Origin: Okamejei kenojei
Taxonomy: Eukaryota
NCBI GenBank assembly: GCA_035221665.1
Contig: CM069131.1
Coordinates: forward strand, 23,994,001 to 24,058,000
DNA: 64,000 nt
Direction: 5' to 3'
Under the pieces are notes generated by a model. It worked only from the letters and a program-made list of their open reading frames with translations. It made no database searches and was not told the origin of the DNA. Shown here one piece after another: positions 1-13,080 of this stretch (position 1 is its first letter; the number at the start of each line of letters is the position of its first letter). A program made the translations under genes and the position numbers.

Positions 1-69
1 CTCCAGTGTTCTGGTCCACAATTCTAGTCTGACCAGCCTTGTATGACAGACTCTCCCCCCGCCCCCACT

Positions 70-190
70 ACAATCAGTCTGAATAAGAACCCTGACTTGA
101 ATGATCATCTACCCTCCAGGGATGCTGCCTACATTACTCTAGCAGCTAATTTTTTTTCTCTAAACATAAATCTGCAGATCCTTATAAATT
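70..190 (+). mobile_element. Degraded Penelope-like terminal repeat (pLTR) fragment
   Basis: cagtctgaataagaaccctgacttgaa...ccagggatgctgcct...tctgcagatcctt matches the pLTR family found throughout the window. Confidence 0.6.
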
Positions 191-269
191 CCTTCAAGTA
201 AAGAGACCTATATTGTACACAATACCCCAGATGCAGCTTAAACCTTGCTTTATATAATTTAGGCATAAC

Positions 270-650
270 ATCAGACGCAAAGTACTTGAGTAACTCAGCG
301 GGTCAGTCAATATCTCTAGAGAAGATGACAGGCAATGTTTTGAGTTGGGACCCTTCTTCAGATGGAACTCTTTGCTTATCCATGTGTAGGGAGGCACTGC
401 AGATGGTGGTTTAAACTGAAGATAGACACAAAGCTGGATTAACTCAGTGGGTCAGACAGCATCTCTGGAGAAAAGGAATAGGTGACGTTTCGGGTCCAGA
501 CCCTTTTTCAGACTGAGAATCAGAGGAAGGGGAAACGAGAGATATAGACGGTGATGTAGAGAGATATAGAACAAATGAATGAAAGATATGCAAAAAAGTA
601 ACGATGATAAAGGAAATGGGCCATTGTTAACTTTTGCCTAGGTGAAGCTG
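270..650 (-). mobile_element. Two tandem Penelope pLTR copies, with a hammerhead motif at 481-515
   Basis: Minus strand reads cagtctgaaaaagggtctggacccgaaacgtcacc, followed by the tattccttttctccagagatgctg family body. Confidence 0.75.
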
Positions 651-832
651 TATAGTACTCATTTTAAATCATTCTCTTGTCTGTGGGCAGTCAATCTTAT
701 GTCCACAATATTATGTTATCACCTATAACATGTTCTGCAGAATAATCTTTTGATGTGGCACTGTCTCAAATGTCACAAGTTAAACTGTACTCAGTAAGTT
801 AGTTATATTGTCTAGTTTCAATGCCAACTAAT

Positions 833-1917
833 CAGAGAGTAATGGTGGATGGCTGTTTGTTCAGAGAGTAATGGTGGATGGCTGTTTATCAGGTTGGAAG
901 CCGGTGACCAGTGGGGTGCCTCAGGGATCTGTGTTGGGTCCACTGTTGTTTGTCATGTACATCAATGATCTGGATGATGGGGTGGAAAATTGGATAAGTA
1001 AGTATGCAGATGATACTAAGATAGGTGGTGTTGTGGATAATGAAGTGGATTTTCAAAGTCTACAGCCATTTGGAAAAGTGGGCTGAAAGATGGCAGATGG
1101 AGTTTAATGCTGTTAAGTGTGAAGTGCTACATCTTGGCAGGACAAATCAAAATAGGACGTACATGGTAAATGGTAGGGAATTGAGGAATGCTGTGGAACA
1201 GAGGGATCTAGGAATAACTGTGCATAGTTCCCTGAAGATGGAATCGCATGTAGATAGGGTGGTAAAGAAAGCCTTTGGTGTGCTGGCCTTTATAAATCAG
1301 AGCATTGAATATAGGAGTAGGGAAGTAATGTTAAAATTGTACAAGGCATTGGTAAGACCAATTCTGGAGTATGGTGTACAATTTTGGTCGCCTAGTTATA
1401 GGAAGGATGTCAACAAAATAGAGAGAGTACAGAGGAGATTTACTAGAATGTTGCCAGGGTTCCAGCAACTATGTTACAGAGAAAGGTTGAACAAGTTAGG
1501 TCTTTATTCTTTGGAGCGCAGAAGGTTAAGGGGGGACTTGATTGAGGTCTTTAAAATGATGAAAGGGATAGACAGAGTTGACGTGGATATGTTTTTCCCA
1601 TTGAGGGTAAGGAAGATTCAAACAAGAGGGCATGACATGAGAATTAAGGGACAGAAGTTTCGGGGTAACGTGAGGGGGAACTTCTTTACTCAGAGGGTGG
1701 TGGCTGTGTGGAATGAGCTTCCAGCAGAAGTGGTGGAGGCAGGATCGATTTTAACATTTAAGAGTAAAGTGGATAGGTATATGGACGTGAAGGGAATGGA
1801 GGGGTATGGTCTGAGTGCAGGTAGATGGGACTAGGGGAAAACAAATGGTCGGCACGGACTGGAAGGGCCGAGAGGGCCTGTTTCCGTGCTGTAATTGTTA
1901 TATGGTTATATGGTTAT
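833..1917 (+). mobile_element. 5'-truncated CR1/L3 LINE (3' half of ORF2 RT plus 3' UTR)
   Basis: SGVPQGSVLGPLLF..YINDL..KYADDTK; a frameshift near 1065 leads into the LEKWAERWQMEFN...LERRRLRGDLI...WNELP ORF (1025-1834); (tatggtta)n-type tail; about 29-nt duplication at the 5' junction. Confidence 0.95.
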
Positions 1918-2070
1918 AATCATGCTGCAAATAAACAATAAAAGTGAAGGCATCCTAATTCTTCTGGATATACAAGCAATCTTTGTAGGGATATCAGGTG
2001 GAGACCTAGGGAGCTTGTTATGCAAATAGCATTGGTGCCGGCTGCGAGATTTGGTTAAGACTTGTTAATG

Positions 2071-2163
2071 CCCGAAGAAGGGTTTCAAACCAAAACATTA
2101 CCTATTTCCTTCGCTCCATAGATGCAGCCTCACCCGCTGAGTTTCTCCAGCATTTTTGTGTAC
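2071..2163 (+). mobile_element. 93-bp Penelope pLTR insertion with 10-bp TSD
   Basis: Flanked by cttgttaatg at 2061-2070 and 2164-2173; begins at a degenerate hammerhead core (ccgaagaagggtttcaaaccaaaac). Confidence 0.8.
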
Positions 2164-2339
2164 CTTGTTAATGACATGATCTGTTTGGAGGCTGAGCAAA
2201 TAGAAGACAAGTGGGGGCAGAGGAGAGATTGGGGGAGGGGGGGGGAACTAAATGGTGACACAGAACAGTGCTATCACATTTTTTGAAGGGTGCTTAAAAT
2301 ATCTAGCATATCACTGCACCAGTGGACAGAGAAACTCAG

Positions 2340-3540
2340 TAGGTTTAGGTTTATTATTGTCATGAGTACAAAGCTACGAAGCTTTGTTTTGCACGCTACC
2401 GGATCGGATAATATTACACATAAACACATAATGTCAAACTACAGTATAATAGGTAGCACAGAGGGGAAGATTTTTAAGGCAGAGATAGATAGATTCTTGA
2501 TTAGTACGGGTGTCGGGTGTTACGGAGAGAAGGCAGGAGAATGGGGTTAGGAGGGAGAGATTGAATGGTGGAGTAGACTTGATGGGCTGAATGACGTAAT
2601 TCTGCTCCTATCACTAATGACATGACTTATGCAGATACAGAGTGCAGAATGTAGTTCACAGCACTGTAATGCCACATTTGCACAGACATAATATAATGGT
2701 GAATCCGACAGTATTTTTACTTACGAAAGAACGTCCAGAAGGCTGATAACAGAGGGAAAGAAGCTGTTCCTGGTCGTATGTGCTTTCAAGCTTCTGTACA
2801 TTCTGCCCAACAAGAGCAAGGAGAAGAAGGAATGACTGGGCTGGGACATCTTTGATTATGTTCAATGTTCCAAGGCAGCATGAAGAGTACATGGAGTCAT
2901 TGGTGGGGAGTGTGATCTGTGTGATGGACTGGGCCATGTCTGCAACTCTGCAACCTATTTCGGCTGAGTTCCCAACCAAGCTGTTCTGCAACCCAATAGT
3001 ATGCTTGGGGAAATAGCTCTTGCTTTACATCTCTCTCCATCCCCTCCCCTTCCCAGATCTCCCACCAGTCTTACTGTCTCCGACTACATTCTATCTTTGT
3101 CCCACTCACTCCCCTGACATCAGTCTGAGGAAGTCTAACTTCAGTCTGAAGAAGGGTCTCTACCCGAAATGTCTCCCATTCCTTCCTTCTCTCCTACAGA
3201 TTTCCTCCTGTCCCGCTGAGTTACTCCAATATTTTGTGTCTACCAATAGTCTGCTTTCTATGGTGCATCTATAGAAGTTTAAAAGTTATTGGAGACGTGA
3301 CCAATTTCCTCAGTCTCCTGCAGAAGGCGAGGTGTTGATGTTTCTTCATGGCTGTCCCGTCAATATATATGGTCCATGACAGATTGATGGTCATATTAAT
3401 GCAAAGGAACTTGAAGCTCTCAACCATGTTAATATTGGCACCATTGATACTGATTCGGGAAGGTACTCCAACATGCTTTCTGAAGTCCATAACTAGCTCC
3501 TTTGTTTGCTGACATTGAGGGAGAGGTGTTGTCCTAATAC
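2340..3540 (-). mobile_element. Degraded Rex1/Babar-like LINE 3' region with nested CR1 tail (about 2465-2630) and Penelope pLTR (about 3010-3245)
   Basis: Minus ORF MDFRK..ISINGANINMVESFKFL..INLSW..HQHLAFCRRLRK is typical of the Rex1/L2 ORF2 C-terminus; nested cagtctgaagaagggtctctacccgaaatgtc. Confidence 0.7.
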
Positions 3541-3551
3541 TACGTTACTCA

Positions 3552-3770
3552 AGGGCCTGACCCACTGGCGTTTTTTTTTTTTTTTTTGGAGACTGATGTA
3601 TCAGGTCACCGAAAAAGTTGCGGCGTGACGTATTGATGGTATTTCCTCAAGTGTCACAACTTTTTTTGTCACCACTGGATTTTGAAATGTTCACAATTTT
3701 TCGGCGACCCTGATACGTCAGTCAATGATGCCGGCAGTCGCCTAAAAAATTGCCAAGTGGGACAGGCCCT
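3552..3770. mobile_element. PIF/Harbinger-type MITE
   Basis: TIR agggcctg(a/t)cccact...agtgggacaggccct; TNA flanks (tca/tta). Confidence 0.75.
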
Positions 3771-3829
3771 TTAGTTTATCTCCTTCCTGTACTCCATTTG
3801 ATTGTTGTTTAAAGTCTGGTCTGATACAA

Positions 3830-4680
3830 ACTGGAAAGTTTGGGTATTTGAAATTGCTTAGTATAGTGTTATATCCTGGGGTAGTACTGTCCCTATTTGG
3901 AAGATGGGATTATAGTCTTTGATCTTACTTTTGTTGGAATGTTGTAACAAGCTAAAGACGGGTCAGAATGGGTATGGGGTGGAGAAGGATAGGGAGCTGG
4001 AATCTCGTTCACCTTTTTGGACAATACCGTTCTATCTTAACACCAAAGAGGAATTTGCACAGAGCATTGATTAAATTGGAAGAACTTGTGAATTTTTGTT
4101 TCACCTGGAAATAAAGTTTTGGTTCTTGAATGATAGGAAAGGAAGAGCTAAAAGGATAGGCTTGCATCTCTTAATTGAGAAGTGCTCTGAAGCGGTTATT
4201 GAATGATGACGGTGATGGAAAAGTGAACCATGGAGTGGCAGAGGGAATGTGTCTTTGTAATGCTGATAGAGGAGGTCATGGTGTTATGTGGTATTTACTG
4301 AAGATAATCTGCTCAACAAAGAAGCCCAACTGGAGGAACTCAGTGGGTCAGGCAGCATCTGGGGAGGGAGATGGACATTTGATGTTTTGGTTGGAGACGC
4401 TTCATCAAGACTGAGAGAATAAAGGGCTGCTCTTTTTTTGGCTACAGATTCCAGCATTTGTAGTCTCTTATGACTCAAATGTTGAGGCGAGTGAAGCAGA
4501 ACCTTATCCTTGGTGTGGTGGGTGGATGACAAAGCAAACATTTAAGAAGGCGTGTAGATGCAGTGGAGAGTCCCTTCACTGGGGGTGAAGGTGGGGGGTG
4601 GGGTTATTATTGAAACAACATGTGGTAGATGTCATTTAAAAAAAGACAAAGTTAGAGGAACTGGGTGAAGTGGATTTTTA
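3830..4680 (-). mobile_element. Old degraded Penelope-like fragment with an internal pLTR piece
   Basis: Resembles the Penelope ORF 3' region at 26790-27875; pLTR-like ggaactcagtgggtcaggcagcatct...cttcatcaagact at 4330-4460. Confidence 0.5.
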
Positions 4681-4912
4681 CACTGTGGGAGGAGCTGTTT
4701 TGAAAATTGCTTTCAGGCCTGTGAGTATGTTATGTATACCGGGCGGGACAGTTGGAACTTGCCCCCTACACGTACAGTGGCAACTGGTGGGTGACTCATT
4801 TCCTGCATACCTACAGGACACGGGTCAAAAATGTGATGGAATACTGTTCATTTGATTGGATGAGTGAATCCTCAACATCTGAAGCTAAATCAAGATAATG
4901 TTTCCCACCACT

Positions 4913-7111
4913 CGGGCTGTTTTCAGGTTAACTGATTAATTTATTAATTTTGGAAAAAAAGTAATCCGTATTTAAATTAAAATGAATTAATTTTAAAATC
5001 AAATTTGTTATTTTCAATTTAAAACATTCTTTCATGGCATATTTACCTTTAATTCACAAATGCAAACCTACTTGAGACTCATTAGGTATGATCTCACAAA
5101 ACATAGTATCGACGGTCTCATCACTCATATGTCAATTTTGTGGCAGGCCAACAGCGCTAAAACATCTTTTGAGTTCAACAGAGTTAGGAGGAATTGTCAT
5201 GTGTGCTCTGTATACTTTTTCAAGTGTGCTTCGGTGTTTCGACATGCTTTCCAGGACAGCCATTTCTCACTTCAATGTATTCCAAATATCTTGCGGTTTG
5301 TATATGACATTGTCATCAAAGAATTCATCGTCTTTGTTTGCTACCAGCCGCATATAAACGCCTTAATTTTGGCAAGAATATTTGTTAGTGGGAAAACGAG
5401 TTGGGAGTTGCAGGCAGAGTCATAATCCATCGGATTATCCATGTACTTGAGGAGTTCTGAAATGCCTGCGTTTATTCTCTGCTCACCTTTGGTGCAAACA
5501 GCTTCATAATATTTTCTGCTGATATCACCAGGTTGCTGCTCCTTAATATTGTTCGGCATGAAATCAAATATTGTGTCAGCTATGACTAAGTTGCAGTCGT
5601 GTTGTCCAAGGTTGAGGACATTCATTTTAATCAAATCCAAACTTTTAGCTAACTGATGCCAACTGCAATTCAATTTCAGACGGGAAAAGGTGGCTGGATG
5701 AAAGCTCACTAAGCATTGTTGGTATGACATCTTTCAGTTTCAAAATCTTCCTCGACATAGCCAGCATTGAATTCCAACTTATTTTGCAGTCAAGGATGCC
5801 ATCTCATTTTCATTTTTACGTTTGACTAGATTTTGCAGTAAATATTTCCCAAAGGTGATTTGTGGAAAAAAACTAGTTATTTTGGGTATTTTTCTAATCA
5901 ATTCAGCAATGTTGTCTGCAAGTTGAACATCAGCATCCACGGATTGATCTTCAACCCAATCGCCGATGCAGTCGCTTTCATTCTCGGCATCGGACCTCGA
6001 TCTTCTCCTCTTCAGAGATATCGTCCTCTTCGTTCTCATCTTCACCATCAGAAGACGGAAACGTGACTGCTTGTACAACACATCAATTGCAGCTAAGTGA
6101 ATGCCATGCAGATGACACATTTACTGGAATATTCATGATTTATGACCAAGCTTCTTATGACCAAGGTTCCATCAATGGTCATCCCAATGACGTGTTTCTT
6201 CAAATCAATGTCAAAAGTTTCAAGTTTATCAATGATCAGTTTTAGTCCCCTTTTGTTTTTTCATCCAGAGGCAAAATATCTTGTCAGTGTGATGCAAATT
6301 GAGACATGTAGTATAGATTTCTCTTTGAGGTCAACGCATCTAAAGTGAGTGAAAATCTGTCCCCAGATTCCAGTATTTCCTTTAGTTCCGGCTTGATTTC
6401 TTCCTGGATTTTTATTTCAAATTTCATGACGATATCATGAATTTGCCCCTCTTGTACTTGGGATTTTCAGATCCTGTGCTTTCCAGCCATTTTCAATGTG
6501 AATACTTTTGGCCAAAGTTCCAAATGGAATTCTGCCTAAAGCTGTCAAACGTGCAATGCTGTCAAACCTGGGTGTTTCTGTTCATTTATCTTGAAATGTG
6601 AAATAATTGTTCCCTGATTTGTGCAGGATGGAATGCCAACTAACTTGTTTGAAGACACTGGGTCAAATTTGAAGGCATGTTTCTGTTCCAGATAATATTT
6701 GAATGACAAACTGGGATGACTGATATTTGAAAGCTGTTTCACAATGCTTCTGCTTCTCTAAAGTATTCTCGTTTTTATTCAGAAAAACATTGTGCCAAAT
6801 GTCTGACCACCTGCATTGAAAATCAATCTAGTTATTTGACATTTTGCTGTTTTAAAAATTCTGATTTTTGTTTTTTAACTGATTGTTTACATTTTTGTCC
6901 AGCTTTACTGAATAGATTGGCTGAAAGATACCGAGCATTAATTTACAAAACAAGGAACTCTCGTACCATCCTATTCTAGTATTAGCTTTAGAGAAGAGGG
7001 AGTTTAGAAATGTAATCATTTTCATCGATTAATCATGGGTGATTAATTACTTTTTTTGAAAAACTGATTAATCAGAGGAGCGTAACCCATCACCTGAAAC
7101 ACTCACTCCTT
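4913..7111 (-). mobile_element. Near full-length fossil hAT DNA transposon
   Basis: Imperfect inverted ends (tgttttcaggt / acctgaaaca) with ctgattaat and aaaaaaagtaat subterminal motifs; candidate 8-bp TSD ccaccact at 4905-4912 and 7112-7119; internal transposase pseudogene. Confidence 0.7.
5070..6810 (-). pseudogene. hAT transposase pseudogene (BED-finger remnant, DDE core, dimerisation region)
   Basis: Frameshifted minus-strand translation gives SFKYYLEQKH (BED-like), RFSLTLDALTSKRN (first D), VIGMTIDGTLV (second D), CHLHGIHLAAIDVLYK (CxxH), DCKISWNSML (TRWNS-like) and IPPNSVELKRCFS (catalytic-E motif), all in the expected order. Confidence 0.85.
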
Positions 7112-7711
7112 CCACCACTGACTAATTGTGATTGCGGTATCTACCTTCTTTAAGATCCGCTGCAGTTATTTTGCCAGGCAACTGTGGCAGAACTTCCCAA
7201 GTCAGTGATTTCCATCATTTGAGACGAGGGCTCATTGGAATACCTCCTCCTGCAGGTTCTCCTTCAAGTCGCGATCTATCTTCACATGAGCCCCTGCACA
7301 TCAGGGAGTATCTTGACTAAAAAGATAGCAGTGCTTCAAGAATGTGGTTCATTGATCTCAACGGCCAATAGGAATGGGCAATAAATGCTGGCCTGCTAGC
7401 AATAACCTCATCCTGTAAGTCATTTAAAGATCATTTCAGTTGGCTAAGAATTGCTTGCACATTTTAATTTAATGCTATCTGAGAGTAAAAAAGAAAAATA
7501 GATCTGTAGCAAAATCCTACTGATACTTTGATCTGACCATCGGTTATGGTCTGGTTAACTCTTATCCTAGGCATACTACTTCTGCGGTTCAACATCATGG
7601 CTGATGTTTTCATTTCAGCATTATGCTAGTACTGATGCTGACGTGATTTTTTACCTCTCATTGAACTAGCGCTTTCATTGGCGTGAAGGTCGCGAAACAT
7701 CGAGAGTATAG

Positions 7712-7975
7712 CACAGTGGCACAGCAAGTAGTGCTGCTGGTTCACAGCTTTAGCAATCTGGGTTCAAAGCTGACCTCTGTTGCCACCTGTATGGAGTCTG
7801 TACTTTCTCCATGGACATTCTGAAGAAGAGTTCTTGACCCAAAACATCACCTATTGGTCTGAAGAAGGATCTCGACCCGAAATGTTACCTATTCCTTTTC
7901 TCCAGAGATGCTATCTGATTCCTGAATGCTGTTGGTTTCCTCCAGATGCTCCCATTTCCTCCCACATCCCAGCAA
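7712..7975 (+). mobile_element. Old V-SINE interrupted by a Penelope pLTR with tandem hammerhead motifs (7818-7920)
   Basis: A-box-like cagtggcacagcaagta, B-box gggttcaaagc and V-domain tatggagtctgtactttctcc; insert tctgaagaagagttcttgacccaaaacatcacc-tattgg-tctgaagaaggatctcgacccgaaatgttacc. Confidence 0.7.
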
Positions 7976-10900
7976 GTCATTTTTCTGTTTTGCTTCCACA
8001 GTGCGCAAATGCATACCACCCCCCTCCAAAATCACAGATCCAAGTCTTCAACTGATTTGGTTTGCACCATGTCATATCAAGTAGTGCTTGAATATAGTGG
8101 ATGTAGCAAAAGTGTGGCCAATGAAAATCTAGTTGCAGGGCTGAACACTCCAGAAAACTAGCTGAACGCTGACGTATCTAGAATCTCCAGCAACACTATT
8201 TTGGTATAGCATTGCCTTTATCCACCAAAAGTCAAGATTACACAGCTCTTCATTCCTCATTGAAGCACGATGGTCTTGTAATTTTTAAGATAATGGTAGA
8301 GTGAGAAATATGTTGCGCCTTGGGGTTATGGATTGTGATGAAGCACGGTCGTGCTCCTACTGATGGCCTGCATCATCTTTTGAATGTCTAGATCAATTCC
8401 AAATGTTTCTTTTTGCAACATGGCAATTACACACTGCTCTTTGAGGTGTGGACTGTGGTGATCACTTTCATGATTATTGTGTCAAAATGCAACTGCCACA
8501 TGTACAATCGTGAGGATGGGATTGAGTGGATTTACCCTGCTTCTCATTTGTTGCATATTTCATCCATCAGTCCTCTGGCAGTTTGATTGGTATTGGTATT
8601 ACCAGACTAATTTGTGTATTGAAGGTTCCCAACTATGGCCTGAATGCATTTTTCCAGATGGTGCCCAATATAGAAAATGTATTGGCTGAGGGTGGGTTGC
8701 TAGTAATCAATATGCACTGAGGCTCTGGGTGTGAAGACTGTTGGCTTGAAATACCATGAATTGTTTCCTCAGTGCTAATTTACAATTGTGCTCAAACCTA
8801 TGCGTCACAGAATATACCAAAAGATATTGCTAGAAAAGTCATGGAGTATATTTTCACATAATTTAAACTCTGTAGTGCTTCTTTTGATTAATACCAGTTC
8901 TCTTTCAGTTTTAGCACAGGTCCACAGCTGGTTTGCAGTGAACTTTGCAAGGTTGACTAGGGTGGGAGTTTTTATTACTATCTGCCTGAGTTGGTGCTGA
9001 GTCATTTGTTTAGTTGGATTCTTTACAATAGTTTGATACAACGGTGTTGAGTTCAGAGTTAACTACATTCTTAAGGGTTCATACGCCTGATACGCAAATG
9101 GTTGTAGTATTCAATCCATAAGGAACTTCAGCGGGGTTCATGTTCACCATTACTCATTGGATTTAAATTTCAGATATATTGGGCTAACCACAATAAAATT
9201 CGTACAATTTATTGTAGCAATTGAACTAATTCTGATGTTATGCCTCTGGATTATTGAATTAATTGCCCATAGCATTGAAGGCTTCCTGATAGTTGTATAC
9301 CAAGTTCCTGCCTAGATTAAAGTTTTTTTTATGTTAGGCAAATATAATAATCACTCTGCTACAGAATCTGGAGTGATACAATTACTGTTAATGATTAAGG
9401 ATTTCAGAGGGCGTGTTGGGAGTGGCTAGAGCTGAGAAAACTCAAAGGTTGAAACACTGAACACTTGGTCAGTACCTTGAAGAAAAAGCCTTGTTTTGTT
9501 ACATATCCTTTAATAACTACATAAAAATTAAAAAAGGATTGATCGAAAGAGATTTGTCAAGAATGTTATTCACAAAACCATGGCATGATGATGCAGTAAT
9601 TAGTGCTGCTGTAGGAATCTGGCTTCAATTCTGACATTGTGTGGTAGGATTCAAACTTTTTGCATTCAGATCAATAGTCCAGACAATTGGGTGTTATCTT
9701 AATAACGTAATCACTATTGTGGTTAATGTTGTTAACCCTCTTAAATAGTTGGCTAGACATTCTTGTGACTGATTTAAAAATTGTTGGTGAACTGAAATTT
9801 TATAGAGTGGGAGATAGACAGACCCCACCTATCAGGAACCTTTTTTATCCTCTCTATGCAATATAAAAACAATCTTTACACAAGCTATAGGATAAACCTT
9901 TGGCTCCAAAGGTGATGCAATGAAAATTGGGAGCCAATTTAGAAGAACAAGGGTTTGATTGCCCCATCTTCTTTGGCATGCAAGATTATTGAATCAGAAA
10001 CTGAGCTATTGAGTGTTTTTGACCAAGTCAAGATTTTATTTTGCCTATTTCGTCCATCAGTCCTCTGGCAGTTTGATTAGTATTCAGAGGTGATTTGGGT
10101 AGAGCTGAATGGCTTCAGAATAGTGGGGCCCTGGAGATTCAAATTTTAAATAACACATTTTAACTGTTCAATTTTGTCAAAATGTGCAACAAAAAAAAGC
10201 TAGTCTTCAAACTTGCAGGCATAGGTAATTTTAAAGTATGAAAAGTTAAGGTGTTGGATGTGTTTTTCGACTGTCTAATTATAGATTGATGCAAGGTAGG
10301 GCAGGGCAAAAACTTAACAACATAAGAATGGCGGTGCTGGCTCAAAGGGCTGAATGGCCTACTCCTGCACCTTATTGTCTAAATCAAAAGGAAAATTCTT
10401 TTTGTGCTAGACACAATAGATTTTTGCAGGTTAGTGTGATTTTTATCTCTGCATATAAGTTTGGTATGATTTCATTTTCATGTTATTAATACCAGGTCAA
10501 TTGGTACTTTTCTGAGAATCATGAAAGACGGGAAAACATTAAACTCTGGTGGGCAGTGTAGAAATTCATTTGGATGATATTTAAAACAAAAAAACAATTT
10601 AACAAAATGAAAGGGATTTTAATCAATTAATCATAGACTCCTCGCATGCATGTTTCTTCTCTTTTATTTGAAAGGGACGTAAGATAAATAAAAAAACTTC
10701 AGAAATGTTTGAATGTGCACTGCATACAATTTGTTATTGACTGTTAGAATAATGAAATTGAAGTAATGTGATATGTTTCCATGGTACAATATGTAAAGGG
10801 TTAATAATGCAGAATGTTGGAGAAAATATTCAATTGTTCACTTGTTTGACATTTATTTGAAACTATTGTTTCATATGCATTTTTGCCTGACTTACTAAGG

Positions 10901-11419
10901 GAGGAAGGAAAGGTGGGCCTTGTTCACACTGCAATTAGCATGTACTCTGTTTCAGAGTAATCAGTACAAGCAAGAGTTGCTGGTGTCAGTGTATAAAATG
11001 GATCGAGGTTGCTTGCAGTCTTTGTTTAGTTTTATTTTGAGCACAGTTGAGTACAAAAGATCTACTCCGCACATGCTTAGTGTGTTAATAGCTGCCAGAA
11101 AGAGAATAAAGGCTCACGTTGTTACATACTGTGAACTACTGAAGTCTTGATATTTGATTGGCATTGTTTTTGTATTGCCAAGAGAAGATATTTTTGGGTT
11201 CTGGCATTGAATATTGTGGATTTTATGATTTGATTGCTGTGGTATTTTCTTGATCCAAATTGAGAATTAAGACCTGTGGCTTTTTTTCCCAACGTACAGC
11301 ATAGAAACAGGCTCATTGGCCCACTGAATCCACACCATTCACACTAGCTCTATGTTGTCCCCCTTTCTCATTCACTCCCAACATATTGGGGAAAATCTTA
11401 TGAGGCCATTAAGGTAAAT

Positions 11420-11895
11420 GTGCATTTGGAAAGGCATGGGTTAGGGGATAGATACCATGGCTTTGTACGTGGGAGCTTGAGTCTCACAAATCTGTGTTTT
11501 AAGAAGTAACAGAGGGTTGATGAGGGTAGGGCATTACTTAATCTAATTGTACTTCCAGGCCTTTGATAAGGTTCCGCATGACAGTGTACTTTGGAATGTT
11601 AGATCACATGGATCTTGTGAAGGCTAGTGAAATGGATACAGAATTGGCTTGATGGTAGGAAGCGGAAGGTGACGGTGAAAGTTTGTTTTTTGGAGTGCAT
11701 GCCAGGGTCTGGTGGTGTGCCTCGAGGATCGGTGCTTATCCTATTGTTATTTGTCATCTATGTCAACAATTTGGAAATGATGGAGCATTGTATAGCAGAT
11801 GATCTGAAGAAGGGTCGAGTGCTGTACGATGTCACCTATCCATGTTCTCCAAGGGGTGTTGCTGGACCAGCTGAGTTACTCCTGTGTCTTTTTAT
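11420..11895 (+). mobile_element. Degraded CR1 RT fragment fused at ADD to a Penelope pLTR piece
   Basis: AFDKVPH, WIQNWLDGRK, GVPRGSVL and ADD motifs, then ctgaagaagggtc...gtcacctatcc. Confidence 0.7.
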
Positions 11896-13080
11896 TAATT
11901 GAATGTAAACATGGATTTAATGACAGATTTATTTCATTGTTACAGTTGCAGTTTTTTGTGCATAATTGGGGGTGGGAAGGGAAACAGACCTCTTATATGC
12001 TACGGGTATGGTCATGATTTTCCAATCTACCTCATAGTGGCCCTTGCACTTTCCTAGGAGCTGTAATATTGCAGCATTCTGCAGCTACACATTCAGTATA
12101 TCCTGCACTTTTTGTTTCTCTTCGCACTCTCTGTGCATTGTGCATGGCCTGGCTATGCACATTTTTGGTATGATTTGACTGCATAGCATGCCATCAATTT
12201 TTTTTCACTATGTTGGTATGCCTGACAATAGTAATAAATAAAATCAAATCTGTCAATAATTCAGAACAAGATCACCAGAGACATCCCTGAAAAGATGGAA
12301 GTGGATTTCATGAACATTTTCGAAAGTTCAAACTAATTTCTGCCAAAAAGTCATTTCCAAATGATTGAAGGTTCAACATGAGTAATCATGCACAACAGCA
12401 GAATATACTGTCAAGAAGCTGAGTTTGAATTTTTAACTGTGGTGTGCATAAAGGATTTATGTCAGATTACAGATCTGAATTTGGGGCATAACTGTTTTAA
12501 TGATTACTGACAGAAGTGTATCAATTCACAACTTTCCCCATACTATCCAGTCTCTGGAGCAGCTAAAATGCCATAAAGTCATACACCACCAAAATAGGCA
12601 CTTTGGCCTACAAAAAGTACCAAAGATAAAGTACCAATTTTACTGCAATCCTACACCAAACCCATTTTATTCCCATCAAATTCCCCAGATGCTATCACAC
12701 ATAATCATTGACAATTATCAATGCAAATTTGAAAATGCAATAGAACTTGACATGCAGGAAAGAATGCATCTACTGGACTTTGCTGCCTTTATGTCCTTGA
12801 AATATTTTTTGTGATATAAGATCATTGTGGAAGCATAATTTCCTGAGTGGGAGGAACAGTTCATAAGAAGGTCCAGCACCATCCCCTTCAGGCATTTGGG
12901 TTCTTGTTATCATTGGCATCATTTGGAAAACAGGAAAATAACTTGGGGTCTGAGGAAGGTGCAAGCTCGAATCTGAAGTCTAGATTTACAATAATTATGG
13001 TTCACCTAGGTGTCTTGGAGCTCTCTACATTTTCTGTACTTGCAATATGTAATTTTAATACAAAATGGACCAAACATTTA

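Noticed and set aside
1025-1834. 269-aa ORF as a host gene
   Set aside because: It is the C-terminus of CR1 ORF2 in a 5'-truncated, frameshifted copy with a CR1 tail.
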